This document shows, in pieces, positions 37,250 to 47,281 of a stretch of DNA of 64,000 nucleotides (the first letter of the stretch is position 1; each line of letters begins with the position of its first letter). The stretch lies in contig JBAZBP010000001.1 in NCBI GenBank assembly GCA_041671365.1, positions 325,518 to 389,517 on the forward strand, read 5' to 3'. The stretch is from Patescibacteria group bacterium (GTDB lineage: Bacteria > Patescibacteriota > Patescibacteriia > Patescibacteriales > UBA12465). The notes beneath the pieces are model-generated. The model was not told the origin of the DNA. It worked only from the letters and a program-made list of their open reading frames with translations, and made no database searches. Position numbers and translations under genes: made by a program.

Positions 37250-37933
37250 ATGGCAAGCGCTAAAAATAAAATTGATGTCGATACCTTAATTATTTCCGAT
37301 ACGCATCTCGGCGATGATTCTGCTCGCTGTCAAAAAATAATAGAGTTATTAAATACTTATCGTTTTAAAAAATTAATTTTAAACGGAGATATTGTCGATG
37401 GGGTAAATTTCCAAAGATTTCATTCGGATCATTGGCAGGTTTTTTCTGTTTTTCGACGACTTTCCAAATATCATGAAGTAATCTGGGTGCATGGTAACCA
37501 TGATGGAGCGACCAATATAATATCACGTTTACTCGGTATTAATACCTGCAATAAATATATCTGGGAAAACGGAGGAAAGAAGTTTTTAGCGATTCATGGC
37601 CATCAATATGACCGTTTTATGAATAATAATGCGGTCATTAGTTATCTGGCTTTTGCCTTCTATAGTTTTTTGAAAAAAGTGGACAAAACAGAATTATTGG
37701 TTAAGTTTATAGGGGGTAGAAAAAGATGGTTGAGAAATTCTTTAGGAGTCGAAAATGGTGCAGTAAAATATGGAAAAAATCTTGGAGTAGATTATGTTTT
37801 TTGCGGCCACACACACCAGATATATCACTCCAAAAAAGAGGGTATAGAGTATTTTAATACTGGCTGCTGGGTTGAGGATGTTTCTGGATATGTTATTATT
37901 AAAAAAGGAGAAGTGAATCAGTATACAGTTTAA
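37250..37933 (+). CDS. calcineurin-like metallophosphoesterase (LpxH/YbbF-like)
   Basis: Motifs ISDTHLG, NGDIVDG, VHGNHD, IHGHQYD and CGHTH. Confidence 0.85.
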   Translation: MASAKNKIDVDTLIISDTHLGDDSARCQKIIELLNTYRFKKLILNGDIVDGVNFQRFHSDHWQVFSVFRRLSKYHEVIWVHGNHDGATNIISRLLGINTCNKYIWENGGKKFLAIHGHQYDRFMNNNAVISYLAFAFYSFLKKVDKTELLVKFIGGRKRWLRNSLGVENGAVKYGKNLGVDYVFCGHTHQIYHSKKEGIEYFNTGCWVEDVSGYVIIKKGEVNQYTV

Positions 37934-38061
37934 GCGTTTTGATCAGGCATGGTATAATTAAGACAATTTTTATTATGTAAATTATATCCCAAATATCGAG
38001 CAATTTTAAATAGGAAGTTTGTTGCCTTGGAACGATATAATATAATTATAATATAATAAAT

Positions 38062-38418
38062 ATGAAATTTTCTAATCTTATTCTTTACTTCATAACGGGC
38101 GGATTATTTACTACTCTGATCGTGGTTTTGGAAGAAAACAATCAGACAATATTGTCAGGACTGGCTACTTTAATTCCGGTTTTTACTTTGGTAGCTTATT
38201 TTTTTATCGGTCAAACCGAGGGCGGCGAATCCGTTGGTCGGCATGCCTGGTTTGTTCTGTTTGGAACGATTATTTCTTGGATACCGTATATGTTGGCCGT
38301 GGCCTACCTTTCGCCTAAGATTGGATCATCTAAGGCAATTCTCCTGGGCTTAGTTATATTTTTTGTCTTGGCCTTAATTTATATAAGTTTTGTTAGCCGT
38401 TTTAAACTATTTCAATAA
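38062..38418 (+). CDS. small 4-TM membrane protein
   Basis: 118 aa with four hydrophobic segments. No confident family assignment. Confidence 0.5.
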   Translation: MKFSNLILYFITGGLFTTLIVVLEENNQTILSGLATLIPVFTLVAYFFIGQTEGGESVGRHAWFVLFGTIISWIPYMLAVAYLSPKIGSSKAILLGLVIFFVLALIYISFVSRFKLFQ

Positions 38419-38493
38419 CCTTGCTGCTTGCCAGCTGGTTTATTCTATCTTCCGAGTAAATACGAACTCGACTAATGTCGAACTTTTTTATTA

Positions 38494-38522
38494 TTGACTA
38501 TTGTTTCAATCAATTATATAAT
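38494..38522 (+). promoter_or_regulatory. near-consensus sigma70 promoter upstream of the AbrB-HlyD-MFS operon
   Basis: TTGACT (38494-38499), 17 nt, then TATAAT (38517-38522). The palindrome cctacttgtagg lies downstream at about 38541-38552. Confidence 0.5.
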
Positions 38523-38570
38523 GCGTTTGACCATATTTCCTACTTGTAGGATAAAGTTAATATAATAAAT

Positions 38571-38804
38571 ATGAAAAATCTTGATAAATTTTTTGGATCG
38601 ACTACGATCGGAAAAAAGGGACAAGTAGTGATTCCGATGGAAACAAGGAAAAAAATGCTTTGGAAAGAAGGGGACAAGCTACTCGTGTTCGGCTTAGAGA
38701 ATGGCGTCGTAGCCATTACTAAGCTGGGTAAATTAAAAGAGTTTGCCAGTCATCTGGAAAAAAAGATGAATAAAGTTAAGCAATATATTAAGAAAGCTAT
38801 TTAA
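38571..38804 (+). CDS. AbrB/MazE/SpoVT-family DNA-binding protein
   Basis: TTIGKKGQVVIPMETRKKMLWKEGDKLLVF matches the swapped-hairpin SpoVT-AbrB pattern. Confidence 0.75.
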   Translation: MKNLDKFFGSTTIGKKGQVVIPMETRKKMLWKEGDKLLVFGLENGVVAITKLGKLKEFASHLEKKMNKVKQYIKKAI

Positions 38805-38810
38805 TTTTTT

Positions 38811-39503
38811 ATGGAAAATCAAAACAATAAAGTCATAATTGAAACGGGAGCCGGAAATCAGGTGCCAAAAAATCCTCAAAATTTTTTAGCGCGTTTAAAA
38901 ATTACTCCGGCTAAAATTAAAAAGGTTTTAATGATTTTTTTAGTTTTAGGAGTCATTATCGGCGTTTATTATTGGTTTACGATAAGTCAGAGGGTTTATA
39001 GCGATAAAGCCGAGATATTTGCTCCCTTAATAACTCTTAGCGCCGAGCAGCCGGGCGTACTACAAAAAATATTAGTTAAAGAGGGGGATAAAATTCGTCT
39101 GAATCAAGCGGTGGCCAAACTTGATCAGGGCGGTTTTGTTATCGCTAAGCAGGATGGTATTGCCGTCAAGCTGAATAACCAAGTGGGTAAATTATTTTCT
39201 CCCGGCGAACCGATAGTTACCATGATAAATCCGGAAGATTTACGCTTGATTGTTCATGTGGCGGAAAACAAAGGATTAAATTCAGTTAATATCGGTCAGA
39301 GAGTAATATTTACCGTTGATGCTTTTGATTCTAAAGAATTTTATGGAACGGTGGAAGAAATTTCCCAAACTTCAGACCAATCATCCGTGGTATTTTCTAT
39401 TTCCGACAAAAGAGACGAGAAAAATTTTTCCATTAAAGTTAAATATGGAAATTACCCGGAACTTCTTAACGGGATGTCGGCTAAAGCTTGGATTTATAAG
39501 TAA
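38811..39503 (+). CDS. HlyD/EmrA-like membrane fusion (periplasmic adaptor) protein, short form
   Basis: N-terminal TM segment and a lipoyl-like segment GVLQKILVKEGDKIRLNQAVAKLD. Immediately upstream of the DHA2 MFS pump gene. Confidence 0.7.
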   Translation: MENQNNKVIIETGAGNQVPKNPQNFLARLKITPAKIKKVLMIFLVLGVIIGVYYWFTISQRVYSDKAEIFAPLITLSAEQPGVLQKILVKEGDKIRLNQAVAKLDQGGFVIAKQDGIAVKLNNQVGKLFSPGEPIVTMINPEDLRLIVHVAENKGLNSVNIGQRVIFTVDAFDSKEFYGTVEEISQTSDQSSVVFSISDKRDEKNFSIKVKYGNYPELLNGMSAKAWIYK

Positions 39504-39505
39504 AT

Positions 39506-40996
39506 ATGTCAGAAAAAATAATGACCCCGACGAATCAATGGCTCGTTTTAATAACGGTTATAGTCGGAACGTTTTTGGGTCGTCTAGATCAGACAATTGT
39601 TAACTTGGCTTTGCCCAAAATAATTCAGGATTTCGGTATTACCGTTTCTTCGGCCGGTTGGATTGCGACCGCCTATATTTTGGCCAATGCGATATTCGTA
39701 CCGATTTGGGGAAAATTAGGCGATACCATCGGACGAAAAAAGGTCTATATTTTAGGTTTTGTCATTTTTATTTTTGGTTCGGTTTTGGCCGGACTATCCT
39801 GGAATTTAAGTTCCATGATTGTTTTTCGAATTATCCAGGCGATTGCCGGTTCGGCGGACTATCCCACAGCGATGGCCATTATTGCCGTCACATTTCCGGC
39901 CGGTAAACAACGCACTCAAGCTCTAGGTCTATGGTCGGCCTCCTTTGCCGCGGCAGCTGTGTTCGGCCCGCTTATCGGCGGACCGCTGATTGATAATTTT
40001 AGTTGGCGCGCGGTTTTTTTAATAAATTTACCGGTCGGAGTTATCGGTTTGGTTATGGCCATGGCCTATATTAAAGAATCGGTTTCTGAAAAAAAATCAG
40101 CTATTTTTGATTGGTGGGGAGCGATTACTTTAGGAATTTCTCTCTCGGCCTTGGTCTTGGTTTTGGATAGGGGAATAGATTGGGGCTGGTTTTCCTTAAA
40201 CAGTTTTCTGGCCTATGGCTGCATGATATTATTTTTTATTATTTTTTATAGAATTGAGAAAAGCATTTCGGAGCCTATTATTGATTTTAAATTTTTTGAA
40301 ATCGGCACCTTTGTCAATACGTTGGTGAATAATTTTGTCGTTTTTATGGGAATGATGGGAGGAATATTTTTAATTCCAATATTCGCTTCGACTTATCTGG
40401 GTTTAGATGCCACCAGAACCGGATTATTATTTATTCCAATGGCCTTTATGATGATGGTTTCCTCTCCTTTGGGCGGACATTTTGCCGGCAAGGTACAACC
40501 GCGATATATTATTGCTATTAGCACGGCGGTGGCGTCCTTGGGTCTGTTTTTATTTTCGTTTCTTGATCCCAAATCTACGGTTTGGGACATAATTATTCCG
40601 CTTAGTATTATGGCCTTTGGTTTGGGTTTTGGTATGGCGCAGCGTACCAGTTTAATTGCATCAATTGTTCCGGAAAATGAAGTAGGAATTGCCTCATCGA
40701 TATTGGCTTTAGTCAGGAACATCGCCGGAGCTTTTGGGATTGCATTTTTTGGTACAATTTTGTCCAGCGCCACGGAAAATAATGTTTTGAATATTGCTCA
40801 TAATAGTATTTTACACACCACCGACCCGGCAACTATCGCTCAGTTTACTTCTTTGGTAATATTAAAGGCTCAAGTATTGGCGTATTCGACTGTTTTTCAA
40901 ATTTCCGCCTTGATTGTTTTAGTCGGTGCCGGTTTAGCTCTGCTTATCAAAGTGGAACAAAATAAAAATAAAGGGAGCGAGATTTTTATAGATTAG
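39506..40996 (+). CDS. MFS transporter, DHA2 (EmrB/QacA) 14-TMS family
   Basis: LDQTIVNLALPKI, GKLGDTIGRKKV and 14 hydrophobic segments. Ends with TAG. Confidence 0.9.
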   Translation: MSEKIMTPTNQWLVLITVIVGTFLGRLDQTIVNLALPKIIQDFGITVSSAGWIATAYILANAIFVPIWGKLGDTIGRKKVYILGFVIFIFGSVLAGLSWNLSSMIVFRIIQAIAGSADYPTAMAIIAVTFPAGKQRTQALGLWSASFAAAAVFGPLIGGPLIDNFSWRAVFLINLPVGVIGLVMAMAYIKESVSEKKSAIFDWWGAITLGISLSALVLVLDRGIDWGWFSLNSFLAYGCMILFFIIFYRIEKSISEPIIDFKFFEIGTFVNTLVNNFVVFMGMMGGIFLIPIFASTYLGLDATRTGLLFIPMAFMMMVSSPLGGHFAGKVQPRYIIAISTAVASLGLFLFSFLDPKSTVWDIIIPLSIMAFGLGFGMAQRTSLIASIVPENEVGIASSILALVRNIAGAFGIAFFGTILSSATENNVLNIAHNSILHTTDPATIAQFTSLVILKAQVLAYSTVFQISALIVLVGAGLALLIKVEQNKNKGSEIFID

Positions 40997-41034
40997 AAAA
41001 ATAATACTTAAATTAACTTGACGACTAAATAAAA

Positions 41035-41079
41035 AAGCTTCCACGTATAAATAATACTGGAAGCTTAAAAATTTTTTTA
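41035..41079 (+). terminator. intrinsic terminator after the MFS gene
   Basis: aagcttcca-(14 nt)-tggaagctt followed by aaaaattttttt. Confidence 0.5.
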
Positions 41080-41089
41080 GACGGGGTTA

Positions 41090-41203
41090 TTACCATTTAT
41101 AATAGGTACATATACCGGAGAAAATTATTGAAATAACGATAATCAGGATTATTATGATCCCCGATTTAATTGTTGCCTGTCTGTCGATTGCTTTCTTATT
41201 CAT
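41090..41203 (-). CDS. candidate 37-aa hydrophobic peptide (MNKKAIDRQATIKSGIIIILIIVISIIFSGICTYYKW)
   Basis: Small ORF found by eye on the minus strand. It has a single TM helix. No strong SD sequence. Confidence 0.3.
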   Translation of the reverse strand: MNKKAIDRQATIKSGIIIILIIVISIIFSGICTYYKW

Positions 41204-41461
41204 GTTCACGGAAACCTCAAATTTGAAATTATTATTTTTTATTTTAAAGACCTGTAAAACACAATAACATATTTTCTCTAATAAGGCAATAGTGATGAAA
41301 TATTGTAATTTTTATATAATTAAAAGGCTGCGATAATTAAAGATAATATTGATGTTTAATTGTATATTGGGGTATAATTAGTTCAAAGAGGAGAGGGTAA
41401 AAAAATACTAATTAAATAAGATTAAACGGTTATTCAAAATTTTTTTATTCAAGTAATTAAA

Positions 41462-42232
41462 ATGGCCATTATCCAGATTATTTATTTATTTGGAGTTTTT
41501 TTCATCTTTGGAGTCATATTATCTAAAATTCAAACGGCTACCCAGAAAAATTATAGTAATTCGGTCGGTTGGCGCGGGATACTTTGGACAGCCTGGCTAG
41601 GGACGCCGGTGCATGAATACAGCCATGCTTTTTTTGCCTTATTATTTCGGCATAAAATTACCGATATCGTTTTATTTTCGCCCGATGTAAATACCGGAGA
41701 ATTAGGCCACGTTAATCATTCTTATAATCCTCGGAATTTCTATCAAAACTTGGGTAATTTTTTTATCGGTTTGGCTCCTTTAATTTTCGGACCGTTACTT
41801 TTGGTCGGACTGCTTTATGTTTTGGTTCCTCAGGGTCAAGAAATTTTTTATTCATTAGCCGGCAATCTAAATTCGTTTTCTTCAGTGTTGACCGGTATTC
41901 AGAAATTTTTGTTGTCTTTATTTTCTCTCGGTAATTTTAAAAGTTATAGTTTTTGGATTTTTCTTTACATTTCTTTTTGTATCGCCTCTCATTTAGCTCC
42001 CAGTAAAGCTGATCGCCAGGGCGCTTGGCGGGGCGGAGCTGTAATCCTTAGCTTTCTATTATTTCTTAATATTTTAGGTTTGTGGCTGCATTGGGAAGTA
42101 ACCGAGTATGTGGTTAATTTTTCACATTTTTTTGCCGGTCTGATCGTGGTTTATATTTATGCCCTCATAATCTCTTTAATTCATTTTTTGTTTTCTTATT
42201 TAATTCTTTGGCCGTGGCGGAGAAAATACTAA
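41462..42232 (+). CDS. polytopic membrane protein with HExxH motif (putative zinc metalloprotease)
   Basis: GTPVHEYSHAFFA (HExxH) next to TM segments. 6-7 TM helices. Confidence 0.55.
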   Translation: MAIIQIIYLFGVFFIFGVILSKIQTATQKNYSNSVGWRGILWTAWLGTPVHEYSHAFFALLFRHKITDIVLFSPDVNTGELGHVNHSYNPRNFYQNLGNFFIGLAPLIFGPLLLVGLLYVLVPQGQEIFYSLAGNLNSFSSVLTGIQKFLLSLFSLGNFKSYSFWIFLYISFCIASHLAPSKADRQGAWRGGAVILSFLLFLNILGLWLHWEVTEYVVNFSHFFAGLIVVYIYALIISLIHFLFSYLILWPWRRKY

Positions 42233-42279
42233 TGTCTACTTTCTTAAACTTTAGCTATTTGATTGGTTATAATAAATAA

Positions 42280-42876
42280 ATGGCCGTAGAAACTCATATT
42301 TATGATAATAGATTTTTTCGGAATACTATAAAACTCGAGGCGAGTTCGGCTTTTGAATTTACTGCATTGGTGCTCAAATATTATACTCCGGCCAGTCTGG
42401 TTGATATTGGTTGCGGAGCCGGTATATATCTCAAGGAATTTAATAAGAAAGGAATAAAAAATCTCTTGGGTCTCGACGGATCGCCGGCGGCCGGAGAGGA
42501 ATTTTTATTAGACAAACATAAGTTAGTTATTTTTGATTTGGCCAAAAAATATAAATTTAAAAAGAAATATGATTTGGCGCTTTGTTTAGAAGTGGCCGAA
42601 CATTTGCGAGAAAAAGATGCGGACGTTTTGATTGAGACCATCACCGAAGCGGCGGATAACATAATTTTTAGTGCCGCCGTCCCCGGCCAAGGGTCGAGAA
42701 GTATCGGTCATATTAACGAGCAGCCGCACAACTATTGGATCGAAAAATTTAAAAATAAAAATTTTTCTTATCTTAAACTTAGAACAGAAAAAATGAGGGC
42801 AGAAATGAAGGCTAGGGGAGTGGTTTGGTGGATTGTTAATAATTTAATGATTTTTGAATTAAAACGAACAGCCTGA
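42280..42876 (+). CDS. class I SAM-dependent methyltransferase
   Basis: Motif I LVDIGCGAGIYL and post-I LLGLDGS. Acidic-loop region CLEVAEHL. Confidence 0.75.
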   Translation: MAVETHIYDNRFFRNTIKLEASSAFEFTALVLKYYTPASLVDIGCGAGIYLKEFNKKGIKNLLGLDGSPAAGEEFLLDKHKLVIFDLAKKYKFKKKYDLALCLEVAEHLREKDADVLIETITEAADNIIFSAAVPGQGSRSIGHINEQPHNYWIEKFKNKNFSYLKLRTEKMRAEMKARGVVWWIVNNLMIFELKRTA

Positions 42877-42982
42877 GAGGTTTTAATGTAGATTGGCCGA
42901 GTATTTGACAAAAATATAATATAATATTAATGTAGTTATTAGTATTTTTAACAAATTATTCAATAAAGAAAAGGAACAAAAA

Positions 42983-43561
42983 ATGAAAAACGATTATAGA
43001 GTTCACAAGCAAGTAGACATCCTTATGCGCTTAATCGATGGAGGGCGTAGTCTGACGTTAAAGGCGTTAGACGGAAAAAGATTGATTTATAAATCGTCCA
43101 ATATATTTCAATTCGATTCGGATGATACATCATTCGTCGACTTGGGTTTAAATAAGCCGGGCGTGGCCACGCCGACGACGCTCGTTCAGGTTAATGAGGT
43201 TGTTAGTGACGGCTCACACTTTGATATCTTTAATTCATTTTTTGGTCCGTGGAGCAAAAAATGGCTTTCGCAGACACAAATTATTGAATTTTGCGAGGTA
43301 TATCCCGGTTTATTGATAGGGGGCGGTATATCGAATTTATTTTTATCTAAAATTGATGAAAATCTTCCGATAGACGAGAACGCCCCTCAAAGCAATCTCG
43401 TCGTTGTTAGTGTTTTTAATGCAAAAGATCTAAGAGTCGGAGTTCGACGATTGGCACAAACACCAATTTGGCGTGGACACAGTCATCGCCGGGTGATTAC
43501 TCCGGAGCTGATAACCAGAGAAGACCTAAGCCAGGCCTTCTCAACTCTAGGAATTATGTAA
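42983..43561 (+). CDS. hypothetical protein
   Basis: 192-aa ORF preceded by aaggaacaaaaa before the ATG. No motif recognised. Confidence 0.5.
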   Translation: MKNDYRVHKQVDILMRLIDGGRSLTLKALDGKRLIYKSSNIFQFDSDDTSFVDLGLNKPGVATPTTLVQVNEVVSDGSHFDIFNSFFGPWSKKWLSQTQIIEFCEVYPGLLIGGGISNLFLSKIDENLPIDENAPQSNLVVVSVFNAKDLRVGVRRLAQTPIWRGHSHRRVITPELITREDLSQAFSTLGIM

Positions 43562-43580
43562 AATAATTCATAAAGAAGTA

Positions 43581-43607
43581 AAAGCCGTTCAAAAAGCGGC
43601 TTTTTTT
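43581..43607 (+). terminator. intrinsic terminator
   Basis: aaagccg-ttcaaaaag-cggcttt followed by tttt. Confidence 0.6.
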
Positions 43608-43613
43608 AATCGC

Positions 43614-43642
43614 TTGACATTAATTATATAATATGCTATAGT
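43614..43642 (+). promoter_or_regulatory. near-consensus sigma70 promoter
   Basis: TTGACA (43614-43619), 17 nt, then TATAGT (43637-43642). Confidence 0.5.
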
Positions 43643-43692
43643 CGAATCACGTTTAATTAATCATAATAGTTCATTAATGAAGGAAAAAAGCA

Positions 43693-43821
43693 ATGGAAGA
43701 AATGAGCAGAACGAAGACATTTTTGTTAAAGGCTAGGAATATAGCATTCCTGCTTTTAGCGGGAGTAATTGTTTTTTATGTAGTCACCGCTATGATACAG
43801 TGGGTGAACTTACCTAAATAA
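43693..43821 (+). CDS. candidate 42-aa single-TM peptide (MEEMSRTKTFLLKARNIAFLLLAGVIVFYVVTAMIQWVNLPK)
   Basis: Small ORF downstream of the promoter at 43614, with an SD-like aaggaaaaa sequence upstream. Confidence 0.35.
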   Translation: MEEMSRTKTFLLKARNIAFLLLAGVIVFYVVTAMIQWVNLPK

Positions 43822-43940
43822 ACAAGAATACGGGGTCAGAGTAATTTCTGGTCCTTCTTCATATATTTCCTTCATTTTTTAAAATTTTCAGAGTATAATT
43901 AGAGTCTAATATATTTATCAATATAAATTATTAAAATCAT

Positions 43941-45617
43941 ATGGCCAACTCATCCCTGGATAAATTCAATAGTTTTTTGCAAGACGAAAAAACTAAGGAA
44001 TCCGAGCAACAAAATTTAGATAAACAGAGTAAAGAAGAGGCGAGACAGGCTAAGATGGCCGCACTAAAAAATGAACTCCCTGTTCTTACTACCGAATTAA
44101 CGGGCTCACAGAGCAAGCATAAAGAAACGAATTCTAATCTGAACGAGTCTTTAGAGCAACGGAAGCAAGTTAAAGCGGACGGACGAAACACGCTAGCTAA
44201 AGCGAAAGAGTTGGGGAAGGTAGAATTATTGCGATCTAAATCACAAGAGTTTTTTGGTGAAAATATAGCAAAATTAAAAAATATAAAAGAGAGCGTTAAT
44301 AAAGACAGGGACTCTTTGCGTGAAAATCAGGAGAAATTGAGAGAATTGAAAACGGAAGTTAAACAGAAGCAAGAAGAATTAACTCGTTTAGAGAACGAGC
44401 CGGTTACCGAAAGGATTCAGGAATTGGAAAATAAGTTTTTAGCTCTAAGCTCGGAATATAAAGAATTAGGGTTAAGTCTGGAAAAAAAACGGGCCGAGCG
44501 TGATTTAATCGGAATCAGTGAGGGCTATGACGGCGCGCCTCGGTTCGCTCGCGGAGACGGTTACGGTCCCAGTCCGGAGTTTATAGATAACTATAAGAAT
44601 TTATCCGCCAAAGAAAAAATAAAGTCCGAACAAGAGCGATCCCCGATTAAAAAAGTGCTTGATATTTTTGTAGGTTCATTGTCTTCGGACCGGCAGCAGC
44701 AGCTGAGAGATAATCGTAATAGTTATGACGTCCTGCAAGGATTATTATTATCCGAGATTAGCAATAAAACCGATGAAGAACGCTTGATAAATCAAATAAG
44801 CTCTAACAATAATTTATCCCGGGAAACCGTTGCGGCGGTTAGAGATTTAGTTGCTCGATATGAAAAAATGGGAAAAGAGGGCGAAGAAATAAAAGTTGGT
44901 CAGGATAAGCTTTGGGATGAGATGAATAAAATGCAGGCAGAAAAGGCGCAGAAGTCCCGCGGCTTGGGAGCTAGCCTCGAAGAGCATTTTAATTCATTAA
45001 AAGATAATTTATCTGGTCATAAAAGATCTTTGGAAATGCGTTTGCAGGCGATAAAATATTATGAAGACAATCTTAAGAAGATTGATCAGGAAAAAACAGA
45101 ATTAAACTTAAGTGCCCAAAAACAAACCGATGATTTTAAACGAAGCTTGGAGGAGGTCGCCAAGTTTAATTTTAATATTAATGAAAATTCGTTAGCCAGT
45201 TATAAACCGACACTGGATATTCTCAGCGCTTATTTAGAGAAAATCCGTGACAATATAAAAAAGAAAGGGAGCGATATTCGAGAATTGGAAAATAAAAAAA
45301 TTATAATCAATAAAAAAGGAAAAATTGAAGAGATAAATCAAGAAATTATCAGCGAAAGAGAGCAGGAAAAAGAAGTGGTTTCATTCTGGAAAAGTTTTTC
45401 GGAAGCCTCCTTAAAATTTCAAGAGATTAAGAAAGAAATTGATAAAAAAAATAAAGAATATATTGGAACAGGAGATCAGATGAATTCAAATAATGAAGAA
45501 ATTGTAAACCTTACTCAATCGATAAAAGATTTAGAAAAAAAGATAAACGAAGAAAAAGAAAAAGTAATTGAAGTCAAGGCTTGGTCGCAGGCTAAATTTG
45601 AAAAAATTAAAGATTGA
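43941..45617 (+). CDS. hypothetical 558-aa K/E-rich coiled-coil protein
   Basis: Long ORF with pervasive heptad-like charged repeats. No signal peptide or TM segment. No catalytic motif recognised. Confidence 0.6.
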   Translation: MANSSLDKFNSFLQDEKTKESEQQNLDKQSKEEARQAKMAALKNELPVLTTELTGSQSKHKETNSNLNESLEQRKQVKADGRNTLAKAKELGKVELLRSKSQEFFGENIAKLKNIKESVNKDRDSLRENQEKLRELKTEVKQKQEELTRLENEPVTERIQELENKFLALSSEYKELGLSLEKKRAERDLIGISEGYDGAPRFARGDGYGPSPEFIDNYKNLSAKEKIKSEQERSPIKKVLDIFVGSLSSDRQQQLRDNRNSYDVLQGLLLSEISNKTDEERLINQISSNNNLSRETVAAVRDLVARYEKMGKEGEEIKVGQDKLWDEMNKMQAEKAQKSRGLGASLEEHFNSLKDNLSGHKRSLEMRLQAIKYYEDNLKKIDQEKTELNLSAQKQTDDFKRSLEEVAKFNFNINENSLASYKPTLDILSAYLEKIRDNIKKKGSDIRELENKKIIINKKGKIEEINQEIISEREQEKEVVSFWKSFSEASLKFQEIKKEIDKKNKEYIGTGDQMNSNNEEIVNLTQSIKDLEKKINEEKEKVIEVKAWSQAKFEKIKD

Positions 45618-45646
45618 GAAGATCTTATTATTTAGGTTATTTTTAT

Positions 45647-45856
45647 ATGGATTTAAATAAAAACATTCAAGGGAAAGCCTTGGATTGCGCTGAAAATTTT
45701 AGTCAAATAATTAACGATTTGGGTGATGATCAAATTAAGTTAAGTAATTTCATTGAATCCTTCGGAAAAAATTTGCCGCTTGAAATTAAGAAACAATTTT
45801 CCGATTACCTAAGTTTTTCTAAAAATCATATTCGGTCGACCGGAATTAAATCGTAA
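45647..45856 (+). CDS. hypothetical 69-aa protein
   Basis: The ATG at 45647 (MDLNKNIQGK) is preferred over the TTG track start at 45614. Confidence 0.4.
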   Translation: MDLNKNIQGKALDCAENFSQIINDLGDDQIKLSNFIESFGKNLPLEIKKQFSDYLSFSKNHIRSTGIKS

Positions 45857-45866
45857 TTAAAATGCT

Positions 45867-47165
45867 ATGCCTAATTTTGAAATTTGTAAAAATAATCAGA
45901 CAGTGAAAGCCTCCGAAGGAAAGATTATTGTTCCGAAAGAATCTGGAGAAAAACAAAATAATATCGAACAGCTTAAAAATTCTTTGCATAGTTTATTGAT
46001 CGACACTAAAGAAAAAAGCAATGAGGCGATAGATTTTGTTTTGAAAAATTTGCCGAAATCCGCTAAGTCGAAATTTTTGATGTTTTTAACCGCTTGGTCG
46101 CTAGGCGCCCCGTCTCTGACGGCTGAAACCGAAGGTTTCCAACTACCATCTAATACGGAAATCAGTTTAGCTATCGCATCCGAATCAGAAAATAGCAAAG
46201 TAGAGACTGAAAATGCTAAAGCGTATTATTGGAATATCGTCGATATCTGCAATCGATTAGATAAAATAATGGCGGAAACGACGCCTTATGAGGTCAGTAT
46301 CAAATTACAGGAAAAGGTTAAAGATGTCGAAGCATTTTTAAACGGATCGGACGTAAAAAATATTTATAAATTAAAAGATCAGCTCCAAGTACTCGATTAT
46401 CAAATATATAAGCGAGCGGAAAATTATTTATTAATTAAATATTCGGTAAAAATTGGTAATGATACTTATGAAATTATCGCCAATGTTTACTATCCGGAAG
46501 GTGATAAGTCGAATTTTATTGACATAGTTATGCCGGACGGTAAAATATTTTCCAATTTTGTAAAAAATCCGGAACTGGGCATAGATAACGGCGAAAATGA
46601 TTTTGTTTTGTTAGGTTTCGGTCATGAGGTTGATAAATTTAATGATGACGAAATACCTCCCGAGATGTCCTATTTTGAATATTTTTATCAGAAAGTTTTT
46701 AATTATGATGAATTAGCTAAAAAATATAGTGATTTTTATACGGCTGATAAGAAATTAAAAGGCTGGGGCAGACAATCTTCGGAAAATCAAAAAGTTATCG
46801 ATGATTTTTTTCTTACTAAAAAAAATTATTTAGATGCTCATCAAGAATATTATTTGGCAAAATCCGAACTTTCTTCCTTAGAAATTAACAACAAAAAGCT
46901 TACAACCTTAATTGGCGCGGTAGAACAGGCCTTAATTAAACAAGACATCCCTAAATTCCAAGAGCAATTGAAAACATTAAAAAAAGAGGAAGCTGTTATT
47001 AGCGAAAAATTATTAATAGCCAAAAAAAGGGTGGAAGAAGAAAAAATTAAAGTTGAACAATGCCGGAAACCCTTTGATAAATTAATTGATGAAAATGAAA
47101 AAATAGAAGATCGAGAGGACGCCTTGACCGACTTGGCCGACACTTTCAGGCCAGTTTATAAATAA
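45867..47165 (+). CDS. hypothetical 432-aa protein with C-terminal coiled coil
   Basis: Long ORF starting 10 nt after the previous gene. No motif recognised. Confidence 0.55.
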   Translation: MPNFEICKNNQTVKASEGKIIVPKESGEKQNNIEQLKNSLHSLLIDTKEKSNEAIDFVLKNLPKSAKSKFLMFLTAWSLGAPSLTAETEGFQLPSNTEISLAIASESENSKVETENAKAYYWNIVDICNRLDKIMAETTPYEVSIKLQEKVKDVEAFLNGSDVKNIYKLKDQLQVLDYQIYKRAENYLLIKYSVKIGNDTYEIIANVYYPEGDKSNFIDIVMPDGKIFSNFVKNPELGIDNGENDFVLLGFGHEVDKFNDDEIPPEMSYFEYFYQKVFNYDELAKKYSDFYTADKKLKGWGRQSSENQKVIDDFFLTKKNYLDAHQEYYLAKSELSSLEINNKKLTTLIGAVEQALIKQDIPKFQEQLKTLKKEEAVISEKLLIAKKRVEEEKIKVEQCRKPFDKLIDENEKIEDREDALTDLADTFRPVYK

Positions 47166-47281
47166 GTTTGTTCTCTTTATTGAGGTAATCACCGAAAGGT
47201 GCTAAAATATAGACAGACGTTAAAATAAAAAATAATTCTCTATTTTTCGTATTTATGAAAAAATGAGAATTTTAATTACTT

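Noticed and set aside
39316-40773. Nested or overlapping track ORFs (39316-39603, 39658-39906, 40393-40773 minus), and similar ones inside other long CDSs
   Set aside because: They are fully contained in or overlap motif-supported genes (HlyD-like, MFS). They have no independent motifs or start context.
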